DNA of 63,949 nucleotides, counting the filler, from Asterionella formosa (lineage: Eukaryota), in NCBI GenBank assembly GCA_002256025.1. It is 14 parts of 14 records of this genome, joined end to end, with 100 filler letters (N's around TTAATTAATTAA, not from the genome) between each part and the next. Parts side by side here need not be neighbours in the genome. Positions count along the whole stretch, not along the records: positions 1 to 22,925 come from NKIB01002583.1; 13 more parts are not named here. One strand, written 5' to 3'. This document shows, one piece after another, positions 11,651 through 23,025 of this stretch; within the stretch, counting starts at the first letter, position 1; each line of letters begins with the position of its first letter. The translations under genes were made by a program, and so were the position numbers. The notes beneath the pieces are model-generated. The model was not told the origin of the DNA. It saw only the letters and a program-made list of their open reading frames with translations, and did no database searches.

Positions 11651-11951
11651 GACGAAAACATGCATGCAAAAACATGTACAGGGTTAGCCATGTTAGTATT
11701 GTGAATCACTCTTCATAGAATTTCCATGCAAGAGGAACAGTAAGTGGGGGGTTAGCAGTGTAAGTAGTGTTGGTAGTATGATAACTTGTGGGGCCTTTTG
11801 TTTGACCATTGGTTCACAACTGCATGCATGGCTGGCTGCAATCATGATTGCATGTGCACTCCTGCCACAACCGCTTCGCGTGAAAAAATTGTGTACAATT
11901 TATTATTTTATTCACACACTTGTTTTATTATACAATTGACTTCAGCAATGC

Positions 11952-12170
11952 AAAGACGATCTTTTAGCAAATATTGACACCATTTATGCTTGGTTTCTTG
12001 ATGCATTGTATGGTTGCCTTCAACTTCAACTAAATAAAGACAATTTCGTGTTAAAAATTGACACCAGTCTAGCTTGGTTTCTTGATGCATCACATGATTG
12101 CCTTAAACTTTAATTATTTAAAGACGATCTTGTGTTAGAAATTCGATACCAGTCATGCTTGTTTTCTTGA
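11952..12170. repeat. 84-bp diverged tandem repeat, about 2.6 copies
   Basis: AAAGAC.AT...A.ACCA....GCTTG.TTTCTTGA restarts at 11952, 12036 and 12120. Confidence 0.9.
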
Positions 12171-12312
12171 CTATGAGGTCTGGATTAAAATCAAGATTGA
12201 TCAGATCGCCGCACAGTTTGTTTACTTGTGGTCTATATCACGAGTCGCCCAGACTTCTCGATTATTTTCGTGATTGTCTGTATGCCTCACAACTTGAGTG
12301 TACAGAAGTAAG

Positions 12313-12533
12313 GGGGAATGGCTTAGTGGTTAGCACACACACTGTAGTTGCGGGTTCGATTCCTGCATTCTCCACCTGTCTTGTTCATGTAGTCCCTAGG
12401 GTTCTGGGGGGTGCGGCTGATGAAAAGGCATGTACAGACGAATAAAACCGGTACTAATTGTGTCCATCTATTTGGTTGGCCCGAGTGCAATTATTGGATA
12501 GCTTTAATGTAATATAATATTTAATTGACATTC
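12313..12533 (+). mobile_element. tRNA-headed SINE-like element, family B, copy 1
   Basis: Head 12313-12374 has acceptor stem GGGGAAT/ATTCTCC-A, A box TGGCTTAGTGG and T arm GCGGG-TTCGATT-CCTGC, followed by a body with an AT-rich tail. A perfect 18-nt direct repeat TGAGTGTACAGAAGTAAG flanks it at 12295-12312 and 12534-12551. Confidence 0.88.
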
Positions 12534-12679
12534 TGAGTGTACAGAAGTAAGCAATCGCGCATTAGCCACAACGCTTGTTTCAGACGAGCAGAATAGTAGT
12601 AATAATTATTAGAACTACTACTATGGAATTGAATACCTCGTTTGTTGTAGTCAATAAGATAATATTGTCAAAGTATTAT

Positions 12680-13047
12680 TTTAAAAAAGTTAGCATGTTT
12701 TATAGCCCATTTGTACTCTCCTCTTTCATGGCAAATATTTTATTGTGCTACCTGCCAACAAGACCTGTGCTTCCCCAGTTTTGTTAGCATAGGTGAGTCC
12801 CCAACCACCTTTCGCAAAAGGTGATCGTCTTAGCCACAGTGTTAGGGGAAACTCCGACCGCCTAGGATGGCGGCACAAGCTGCTTGTAGGGGGCCAACCC
12901 ACTATTTCTTGCACACCAGGCAAGTCCTTGCGGGACGGTAAGGAGTGTGGGAGTCGAACCCAACAATTGCTTCTCAAAAAAATTGCGGGAATCGAACCTC
13001 ACAGCCTCAGATCAAAGGCAACGTGCTTAGCCATTAAGCCCTTCCCC
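12680..13047 (-). mobile_element. tRNA-headed SINE-like element, family A, copy 2
   Basis: The minus strand reads GGGGAAGGGCTTAATGGCTAAGCAC...GGTTCGATTCCC...GGTTCGACTCCC and is colinear with 6224-6587. Flanks are TTGTCAAAGTATTAT (12665-12679) and TTATCAAAATATTAT (13048-13062), a 13/15 match. Confidence 0.82.
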
Positions 13048-13235
13048 TTATCAAAATATTATATTATATTTGCAGGTAATGTATTTTTCAACACATTCTA
13101 CTCACCCCGATAAAAAAAATAAAACTCTAGCCGCACTCAGATAATTTAATACCTATTTCATTGACCCTTGCCTTTACGACCCATTAAATATTGCTGCTGT
13201 TGTCAATAAAGATGTAATCTAACCCATTGGAAAAG

Positions 13236-13672
13236 GAGAATGCCATTGCGGCACATCTCAATTTCGACTCATTACAGCAACATGCATTGAATGTTAAAAT
13301 ATGCAACAGCTGTTCCTAAATGAATTTACGAATTCAATCGTTCACAGCTACTCGTACTTTGGTTCTTGTATACATTGTACTTGCTAGAGTTATCGCTGTA
13401 GACTATTTGTAGCCGCTCCGAAAATGAGAAGGCCATTGTGGTACATCTCAAGTTCGACTCACTAGTACAGCGACATGCAAGGTTAAAATATGCAACAGCT
13501 GTTCCTAAACGATTTTACGAATTCAATTGTTGACAGCTGCTCATCCTTTGCTTCTTTTCTATAGCTATTGTACTTGCTAGAGTTATTGCTGTAGACTATT
13601 TGTAGCTGCTCCAAAGAGGAGAAAGCCATTGTGGCACATCTCAATTTTGACTCACTACAGCAACATGCAATG
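13236..13672. repeat. About 190-bp tandem repeat, about 2.3 copies
   Basis: GAGAA.GCCATTG.GG.ACATCTCAA.TT.GACTCA restarts at 13236, 13426 and 13619. Long identical blocks are shared, e.g. ATTGTACTTGCTAGAGTTAT and GCTGTAGACTATTTGTAGC. Confidence 0.93.
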
Positions 13673-14863
13673 CTCTTCGATGCTCAACGAGGACCAACGG
13701 TGCTTTATTTCTAATCTGTCATGCTATTGTAACTCTACAATCAACAATGACTAAACAATGTGTCTACAACAGCAGCTAGAACTATGTGTGCTGAACTCTA
13801 GTGTGTGAATCTTTCTCTTTCATATGTTGATATTTGTCAGTTGAGATCAAAGAAATATGTCAGAGCAGAAAAATAATAAGTGAATTGGAATTGGCGACTC
13901 TTTCATTCATTATATCATGGTGAAAGCAGCATAATTTCGCCTTTATACTGTTGCAATGGCTAGTTGGTCAACATATATTGTCATGAGCACACATAATTAT
14001 TCGATAAGTGAAATAGATTTTTTTAAACCTGAATAAATTATGGATGAAGTAACATAATTTTTGAAGAAAAACATAATATTTTAGAAAAGCNNNNNNNNNN
14101 NNNNNNNNNNNNNNNNNNNNNNNNNNNNNNNNNNNNNNNNNNNNNNNNNNNNNNNNNNNNNNNNNNNNNNNNNNNNNNNNNNNNNNNNNNNNNNNNNNNN
14201 NNNNNNNNNNNNNNNNNNNNNNNNNNNNNNNNNNNNNNNNNNNNNNNNNNNNNNNNNNNNNNNGCCATCCACCACTGATGATTTTGATGTAGTAGATGAT
14301 TCAAAATGAAGAAAATAATAATATAGATTACTTGTCAATGCTAGTATGATTGATTAGAAAGCTATCACTCTAGCTAATTGGAAAAACGGAAGGGTTTTTC
14401 TGTTCTAGAATACCAATATACTAATGCATAGTCATATTAGTTTTTGATGGGCAGTTTTAATAGGCGTAGTAATAGCTGCGTAAGAATGAGGAATTTACAG
14501 GAAATGTGATGCTACTAATATTCGAAAAACAACAGGTACAGACAAGCCAAGCGACTTCCTTTGATCCTCTGCCTGCTCCTTCGGTTTTGCCTTTTCTCGT
14601 TTTCTTCCTGTACATGGTGTACAACCGTTATGTGTGGAAGTGTAGGAGCGGTTGTCATCTGATGAGTCACTATCGTTGCTCATTTCATCAGGCAGATATC
14701 ATGTATGAGTACCCTGGTACCAGTACCAGGTATCAGGTACTAGGTCCCATGATTTTCTTATTGGTAGTAATCGGGTTTACCAATATAACAATAAACATGT
14801 ATCAACATTCTAGTGCTATTTCTATTTGCTAAAAGTTTCGGCAGAAAATTTGACTATTCTAGG

Positions 14864-17800
14864 ATTTGGTTGATGCGGTGCGAAAAAACATGAAAAATCG
14901 ACTATTGTCAAATGTCTGGAATCATGCTCAGAGTACATATAGTAGCCACCATAGCCCTTGTATGACAGATAATTAGCATAGCGAATATTTTATGGATTAA
15001 TATATCCATGCATGAGTTTACATAATGTTGACAAGCATATAACAACATCAGCGATTGCTTTATTCATCTAGATTCATTACAAACTTGTAATCGAAGTCCA
15101 AGGCACATCGATGTGTCTTCATCTTCTTTATAAGGTTGTCAATGTCGACAGGGCCATGCTTGGAGCGCTGCTGTTGCAGTTCTGGTTCAAATAAGTCAGA
15201 ATCAAGAGCATGGTTAGCCAACATGTACTGGCGAGCTCGTCGAGAAAATTTCCTTATTCGGGCTCCTGTAATCACTTCTGCTGACAAACATGTTCTAACA
15301 CTTGCCATGAAATTTTATTTCCCCTTCTTTTCCTTCAGTGCCAGGTTCTGGTATGTGCCTTTGGCACACGCCCACATGTACTACTACTATTCCACACCTT
15401 CCCCGGCTATCTCAGCATGGCATTTTGGAGTTAGCATTACTTCCACTCCAAGTTTGGTTCCAATATATTGCATCATGCCTTGCTCATTCAAGAAGTCAGA
15501 ACACAAGGACATAAGATGTCGAAGACTAGTGTTGCACTCTATTAGGCCAAATGCATCTTTTCGTCCAGTAAGTGTGTAGCTATTCAACTTTGTTCCATCA
15601 ATTAATCCCCTTTCCCAAAGCACTTGAACCAATCCCTCAGATTTTCCTTCCCAACTCTCCTTGACCCTTGAAATTTGTGTCGATGTTGGCACTTGATATT
15701 GTGGACAGAGGAGCACCAGATCTCTTTTATTCTTCCCTTTAGTATTGGCTCCCTTAGCAGCAAGATCGAATATTAATTGGGCATGACTTCTTTGAATTTC
15801 CTTGGGTACTCCAATGATGGTATCATGTCGACTTGCTTCTTGTTCAGCAGGAGTCATCCAACATGGGCCCACATCATCAGGTTGGAATGTTAGGTGCTGT
15901 GTTTGACCAGGCTGTAATTTTCTTTGAAAGGGGCGGGCCAAGGAATCCTGCTTCTTCCACCAAAGGTTTTTTCATCTTGATTGAGCTCAATCCATCAGGT
16001 CTATGTTTGCTGTGTCCACTTGAATGGTCAAATTGATAAACAAACTTATAGTGTGGATGCATCACTTTTAGTACATCAATTGTGTCTTTGAATTGACACA
16101 CCATGTGATTGTAATTCCATTAGCCATCCCGATTTTCTCCATAATCAAAGTAGACTAAGCAAGAATGGAGAATTCTTTTTTGTCAATGGCTTCTTCTTTT
16201 TGGTCCCATGTACATCAATTGCAGCTCCCTCATCTGCATAGCTTGCTCCAAGTCTATTGGCATTGACCGTTGTAAGAATATTGTCATCGATTTCTCTTAT
16301 CAAGCCATGCTCTCGAGTGATAAATGAACTGAGTATTACTCCAGAACCCTCATCTTTTGATAGTAGGGGTCTCTCACCATTCGGACCTGTCCACATCTTG
16401 GAATTCAACAAGAATTGTTTGGCTTCATTTTGTCCAACAATCATAACAGTTTGCTCGTCATTTTTCTTTTGCACACTTCAATTGCCTCCCATTGGAAGAT
16501 CCGGTGAGGTATCAAAGTTGTCTGCATGATATTCTACCGTAGAGATTCCATCATGGTCACTGTAATGAAATTATTCATACATTTTTTCCACAGACAAGTC
16601 ATTTAAATTGGCGATCCCAAATTTCTTGAATGCATTCATGGCATCAGGATTTGATTGAAAGAATGGAGGGATCCTATCCTTTTTGATTGGCAACTTACAG
16701 AAAGCATTTTGTAAATTGTATGTCAGTCACCAATGCCACCTTCCAAGAGTTCTCACATTAGAGTAGGCTTCTATTCCAAGATCATTTGTAACTCCAATTG
16801 AAAATTGGAGGCACCGCTGCCAGGTCCATCTGGTTTCCATAATTTCCTTCTGAACCAACTGCCTCAAAGCACAGGCCAAATATAAACAACTCTGTCTCAG
16901 CATGAAGATTTCGAATTCGGAGCAATGCTTATCAGCATCTCCCCCTTCCACCAAAACTTTCCAATGGTTGGGATGTCTATTAATTGATTCGAACAGTTCA
17001 ATTCGGGAAATAACAACTCCTTTGACATTGGCTTCATCTTCATACTTTGCTTTGGGAGCAAATAGTGTCCTGGACTCACCTGACTTCCAATAATCTATGC
17101 TCAGATGAGGCTGCTCTTGCTCTATAGTATCCGAAATTGTTGATGATGATTGAGGTTGATTTAAGGTTTCAATGGAGGGAGTATCAGCTTCATTTGAGTT
17201 CATCAATTTGGCTTGTTTGTTGAGTGATCCAACTTCAAGATTATCCATCACCTCTCCAGTTCGAATTTGCCTACTAATAGTCGCTTTGTGACGCTATTAT
17301 TAAGAAAAGAAGCGACATTACTACTGTTCTTCGGAAACAAAGGAGCAGGAGAACCATGGTCAGAAAAGAAAAATAGGTTGTAGCGGATGCTCTTGACTTG
17401 ACAGTTGGCTCTATAGAAGTCCACCACTGTGCCACTTGGAATGGTGATTCTATTGGGATTATACTAGGACATTGAAGGGTACTAGCACTTGTTCATGTAT
17501 GTCATCAATGTTCGGGTAGTCAATAGCATGTCGCTTCCAATGTTGTATTGTTGGTTCATGTAGTGAATGAGGAGGTTGGCCGGAATCCAGTGCCTACGTA
17601 GTGATGACTCCGCAATCACCAAAGAAAAATATCGTCCAAACAACTGAAAGTTTGATGTCATCTGTTTTGCGGATTAGTTTCCGATCAGCGCTATGATCAT
17701 GGTTCTAATACTAAAAAACTAAGAACTATATCGCAAAACACAAGGCACTGGAGGGAAGCAAAGGGAACCAACCGAGCGCAATCAACATGGTGATGGTTGT

Positions 17801-17981
17801 AACAACAAGAGATTCATCGCGCAAAAATATTTAGCTATATTTTTAGAAATAATGGTTTGTACCAGGCCAACGAGAGCTACTATATGTTCTTCGATCATGC
17901 ACCCAGCCATACAAAAAATCTATTGATATTTTCAACCACTGCAATTGGCTTTGGTATTTGGTCGATGCGGTGGAGATGCTC
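14864..17981 (-). mobile_element. Decayed DNA transposon with long imperfect TIRs
   Basis: About 14870-14990 aligns with the reverse complement of about 17823-17945 (shared ATG.CTGG...CATG.TC..AG.ACATATAGTAGC and ATAGC...AATATTTTT). The right terminus reads GAGCATCTCCACCGCATC on the minus strand with TA(A) outside. It encloses a broken transposase. Confidence 0.65.
15060..17251 (-). pseudogene. IS630/Tc1/mariner-like DDE transposase, frameshifted with stops
   Basis: Ordered fragments: VGQNEA (degenerate first D), KDEGSGVILSSF, FVYQFDHSSGH, GLVQVLWERG, TPKCHAEIAGEGVE..W..AKG (compare the P..H.ELNPIE..W motif) and RIRKFSRRARQYM. Confidence 0.8.
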
Positions 17982-18705
17982 TAAGGTACAACTTCTAGTT
18001 AGATACCGGTACTTCACCAGGTACTGGTGTCAGAGTGTGTCTGTTAGGCTGTTGATGTCGACAGGTGTCCGAGGGCTAGATGTAGTCTGAGGAATGTCTA
18101 AACGGAAACAGACAGTATTTATATTTAGCCGAATAAGATGCAAACGAGCGGCCCGAGAAAGATCTTGACCGGTCATTTCAGGGCAGCAGTACCTACTGGA
18201 GCGCGCTAGAGTACCGGTAAGCGCCATATATTTCAACAACCTGGTACATGGTACCCCACCTACTAACTATCAGTACCTGGTACCGATACAACAAAACTAT
18301 AGTGTAGACGTAGCAATGCTACCCCTGGTACCGTAAGCAAAATTGAGTACAGTACACCTATGCACAGCCCACGGACCTGGAGTCCAAGAAGCTCCTAGTA
18401 CTCTTAACACCTTCGGCTTGTGAACGTTGTGAGTCCCAGTGAATCCCATAAATTATGAGCTAATATCTTATAGATACATCACACCACACTACCTGGTAAT
18501 AACAATTTTACAACAAGCACCTACCTTCATCCTGACAGTTTTTGGGCGCATTGCAATCTGGCCTTTACGCTGCAGTCCCTCTCCTTGCTCCTTGCACGAG
18601 ATACTTAGTGCGAAAAGAAGTATGACTCTCACGAAACACTGTAATCTAAAGTATGGGCATTAATGTCGTCTATGAGGGCTCACAAATTCAAGCCATGAGG
18701 GCTAA

Positions 18706-19701
18706 CTAATTAAACGACGCTGGCGAAGCAGCTGGTGAAGAGGCGTCAGGTGCGGGAGCTGGGACTGGGACTGGGGCTGGTGCGTCTGATGCCACGGTGG
18801 GAGCTGGTGAAGAAGCATGAGGTGCGGGAGCTGGGACTGGGACTGGTGCGTCTGATGCCACAGTTGGAGGAGTAATAGGGCTAGGAGGCGGGACAGGGTC
18901 GGTTTGTTCCAAAACATTTTGAACGACTATCACAGAGGGAGCTGGAGTAAGTGACGTTAAAACCGGCCCAGGAGTTGGGCCAGGGCTTTGAACAGCTTTT
19001 GGCGAAGGTGTTGGAACCGGCCAAGGAGTTGGAGCAGGCGTTGGGACAGCTGTTGGCCAAGGAGTTGGGGCAGGCGTCGGCCAAAGAGTTGGGGCAGGCG
19101 TTGGAACAGCTGTCGGCCAAGGAGTTGGGGCAGGCGTTGGAACAGCTGTTGGCCAAGGTGTTGGAACAGCTGTCGGCCAAAGAGTTGGAGAAGCTGTTGG
19201 CCAAAGAGTTGGGGAAGGCGTTGGAATAGCTGTCGGCCTTGGTGTTGGGACCGGCCAAGGAGTTGGGGCAGGGGTTGGAAGAGCTGTTGGCCAAGGAGTT
19301 GGAGCAGGGGTTGGAAGAGCTGTTGGCCAAGGAGTTGGAGCAGGCGTTGGAACAGCTGTTGGCCAAGGAGTTGGGACCGGCCAAGGTGTTGGGGCAGGGG
19401 ATGGAACAGCTGTTGGCCAAGGAGTTGAGACCGGCCAAGGAGTTTGAGGAGGATCAACTGGAACCACAGCCGCTGCTACCCTAAATGGAGCGTTGCATTC
19501 GAAGAGTCCAGTTGACGGGTTGCAGACGCATGTCTTGACAGCAGATACGCCTTTTCTGGTCACCTGGTAGTTGCATTCGAGACCAGGTACCGCACAAGTG
19601 ACTGTCTGGGTCCTCTTGATGCGTTTAACAGGGCAGATTGGATCATTAGCGAGCGCACCGCTAGTAAAAAGGCAGATCCCGAAGGCGATAGAAATCTTCA
19701 T
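18706..19701 (-). CDS. Secreted Pro/Thr-rich (mucin/extensin-like) protein with N-terminal 6-Cys module and PTPWPT repeats
   Basis: Signal-like [18 protein letters not shown], then six Cys in about 50 aa, about 15 PT(P/L)WP(T/V) units and a P/A/S-rich tail. 331 aa from the ATG at 19701. Confidence 0.85.
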   Translation of the reverse strand: MKISIAFGICLFTSGALANDPICPVKRIKRTQTVTCAVPGLECNYQVTRKGVSAVKTCVCNPSTGLFECNAPFRVAAAVVPVDPPQTPWPVSTPWPTAVPSPAPTPWPVPTPWPTAVPTPAPTPWPTALPTPAPTPWPTALPTPAPTPWPVPTPRPTAIPTPSPTLWPTASPTLWPTAVPTPWPTAVPTPAPTPWPTAVPTPAPTLWPTPAPTPWPTAVPTPAPTPWPVPTPSPKAVQSPGPTPGPVLTSLTPAPSVIVVQNVLEQTDPVPPPSPITPPTVASDAPVPVPAPAPHASSPAPTVASDAPAPVPVPAPAPDASSPAASPASFN

Positions 19702-21761
19702 CTTGTGGTTGCGGCAGATCACAAAATTGTCGACCCTTGTCGATTTTTTATTCACTCTTTTATGTGATCGAAAGTGGAGACGACGACCTTATACATAATG
19801 CGAAACTCGCCAGATCTTTTCATTGTTGTGCCAGTACATACATTTAATGTGGAAACCTGAGACCATCACGATTGCAACCAAGATCGAGCCCATAACGTTT
19901 TTATTTTAACACACCCAAATCGCTACGATTTGGGATAATTAGGAAGCAATGGTACTACGTGCGATACCAAGTTTTATAACACGCCTAAACATCGACAGAA
20001 TCATTCATATGACAAATATTAATACATGAATGCCTTCTCTTACCATTGCCGGCGTCATAACATGGCTCTTACAGCGGATGTATCGATGTTATAATGCACG
20101 CTATAGAAATTTCTTAAATATATAAAAGTGAGATTATCAATACTTTCAAAATTGCCCTTTCCTAAAGCCTTCTTAAGCCTACTCGGATACCAATAAATAT
20201 CCAATAATTGATTAGGAACCTGTGTTATGCCAATTACTAAAGCCCTTTTGATCTGAAAATATTCTACAACTGCCGTTAGATAAGCCTTTCACCGTAAACC
20301 TGTAATTTAAGGGCCTTTTCAGCTCCTTGCTTGCCTAAAATATTGGAAGGCCTCGCGTACCACACATTTTGGAGCAGTACTCGTGACGGATAGAATTTTT
20401 GCCCCATCATGTCGTATAATGGAACGTCATGTATGTAGGGCAATGGCTATTTAAGGAATTTTATATTTTCATGTCTTCACTTTTCTCTATAATCGAATAT
20501 TTTAACTTTTCACGACCCCCTCTTTTGATGGCGGAACCGCCGAAGTTGGCGGTATCTGGGTACCAGTACCTGGTACCGGTACTCCCTCTGGTCGAAAGTA
20601 ATTGCGTCGAATCGCTGGCACCACTAGTGTCTTGCTGTTCGCATGTGAAAGATTACGTATCCAACATACAATCTTTCTACGTGAGATTCGGGTTACTCGA
20701 AAAATGCTTTCGTTATCAGTTACATAAGCGAGAACATACCCTTTGTTTCTGTAATTAAATTAATAGCATTTAAATAAACAATTCGAATACATATTTTAAT
20801 TACGTGAATGTGCATGTCGCCAAATGCCGTTTCTTATCAACCGTTCACTGAAATATTTGCGGGAAACCAAATACAATGAGCCACTGTCACAATTTTAACA
20901 TTTTTTTCTTTTTTTGGTGTTGGAAGTAATTTCTGCCGTGAGTTACGGTCTCTGACATGATAAATGGCTCAATTTTTTGGCCTTCAATATATATTGCATT
21001 TATTTACTCAGAGTGACTAATTGATTCATTTATTGCTAAAGGACATCTTCCATGGCGGTTAAACGCAACTAAATATATATTAGATATTCAGTTTTCTACA
21101 CAAATGGACATGTGTATTACCGGGAGATGCGGGCTCAATCATGGTATAATTTGTTTTTTTACCACTTATGGACCGATCGCTACTTTCCGACACATTATCT
21201 GATTATCTAAAGCACAAAGCTTACCCGAAAACTAGATATGTTGTATCCGGCGCAACTTCAGGAACATTTTTGTCGTACAAAAAAATAGTCATGAACAAAC
21301 TAGAAAATTAGGAAAGTCTATTTACACATTGTGAATATTATATCGTTAAGTGACTCAAAGCCATTCGAAGTGGCTCAAAGCCAGTTTTAACTGGTATTAT
21401 AACTTGGCCAAGCCGGGTTTCATCAGTTTTTATTTACAGAATTATTATTGACAAGGACATTTATATACATCCAAATATATTAGGTGCCTACTTCCAGCAC
21501 CATCCTGAATCCTTCCCTCATCCTCTCTCACTCATTGCACTCATCCCTCTCTCTTTCGTCACCATGCGAAGCAAGAAGAAGTGCTCCTTCCAGCTGTAAT
21601 AGCCCACTCCCCTCATCACAGTGTTATCTAACTTTATCTTCTCAACCCATATATCTTTGCTCATCACTGTTTCAATGTGAAACTGAAACGGTTTCCCAGC
21701 TACTCCGATTGTCTATTGAAGCTGTTCCAATAAGCAAAAAATACATGATTTGTGCATAGTT

Positions 21762-22440
21762 TCAACAAAGGCACATCTGTAATTCCGGGTTACCACCTTG
21801 TTTTTGTATTGCTGGTACTCCCACCAGTAGCCTCCTCGTACTGCTGCTGCTGATTCTCACCTCACCGACCATGCCCGCTTCAGGCGCCGCCGCTTCCGCT
21901 GCTTCCTCTTCCTGCAAACCCTCTCTTGCTGATCTAAACTCATCACGTGCAGCTGACATGATGTCGAAAAAGGAATCGTTCAAACTTTTTCTACTGACGG
22001 CTCAGTACGGCACCCCAATGGGTCCTTCTCATGGATAATTCATGGCCGCTTCAGCATGATTCAACTCAAGGGTATGAATACCATCACACCTAGCTACAGC
22101 GAATCCTCTCACTTCCTTTCGGGCAGAAGCAGTGGGGTTTCTAAGCTCAGCCAGTCTATGCCCTCCATGACCTCTTTATATTCTTTGATCTCCTTTCACC
22201 AACATCCCCATATATAGTTTGGGCACATATTGATAATCTTGCACTGGTCAAGAGGGTGGCACTGACTCATTTCTCCATTAGGGACTGCCTTCAAACCGAC
22301 TGGGACATGGTTCACACCGCACAGTCAGTCCTTAAATCCATTTCGGTCAATCTAGCAGTGGTTGTTGAAGTCAAGAGTCCTCATTAGGATGAGAATCACC
22401 CCTATCATACTACCCTAAATCTTCCCGCCAAACTCAACAT
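21762..22440 (-). pseudogene. Decayed coding remnant of unknown family, probably TE-derived
   Basis: Protein-like minus-strand text broken by stops (RKEVRGFAVARCDGIHTLELNHAEAAMNYP*...SLNDSFFDIMSAARDEFRSAREGLQEEE), next to repeat family D. Confidence 0.3.
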
Positions 22441-22479
22441 TCAGCCTGATCATCACCTATGTTTGCAAATAAAAAGTAT

Positions 22480-22630
22480 CGTGCATATAGGATCAAGGGT
22501 AGTATTGTATGCTAAGTGGCACAGGATTTTTGTATATATGATAATTTTTGGATCAAAAATATGATCAAGGTATCTTGTAACTGTGATGATTTATAAATAT
22601 TTTACCGACCTTGAAGTATAATGATAATAA
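22480..22630 (+). repeat. Dispersed repeat family D, copy 1 (ATGATC-rich, TE end-like)
   Basis: Matches the reverse complement of about 30780-30922: TGCATATAGG..GATCAAGGGTA..GCTAAGTGGCACAGGATTTTT..ATGATA.TTTTT. Confidence 0.8.
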
Positions 22631-22925
22631 GAACATTATCATCACACAATGTATATAAACTGATCAACAACATTTTTACTTCTTGTGATCGCCCGATGTA
22701 AATTATAACTACAACATATCCTAAAATCAGCTCAACTCTATGCTATCATTTAAAATGTATCATCGTAAATCTATCGTAAACATGATCATAATTCTAATCA
22801 CAAGCATTGTTCAAAAAATAGATTGAAATGAATCGTAATTTAACTATCAAATTAAGCAATGCTATCTATTAATCTACATGCCAGCGACCCAACGTTTCTC
22901 TCTCTACTCGGCTCAATGTATATTC

Positions 22926-23025
22926 NNNNNNNNNNNNNNNNNNNNNNNNNNNNNNNNNNNNNNNNNNNNTTAATTAATTAANNNNNNNNNNNNNNNNNNN
23001 NNNNNNNNNNNNNNNNNNNNNNNNN
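22926..23025. other. Artificial contig spacer (44 N + TTAATTAATTAA + 44 N); 13 such spacers in the window
   Basis: The same six-frame-stop linker starts at 22926, 45951, 47453, 48954, 50456, 51961, 53462, 54963, 56464, 57964, 59464, 60964 and 62450. Confidence 0.98.

Noticed and set aside
12313..12374. Functional tRNA genes at the SINE heads (also 6224, 13047, 29003, 29496, 31192)
   Set aside because: There is no canonical anticodon arm, copies diverge in conserved positions, and each continues into a shared body with TSDs.
12415..12450. Hammerhead ribozyme in SINE B (CTGATGA...GAA)
   Set aside because: There is no pairing stem II, GAAT stands in place of GAAA, and the core is not conserved in copies 2 and 3.
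18881..19484. Several overlapping repetitive ORFs ([28 protein letters not shown])
   Set aside because: These are shadow frames of the PTPWPT repeat. Only that frame has a signal peptide and unique flanking sequence.
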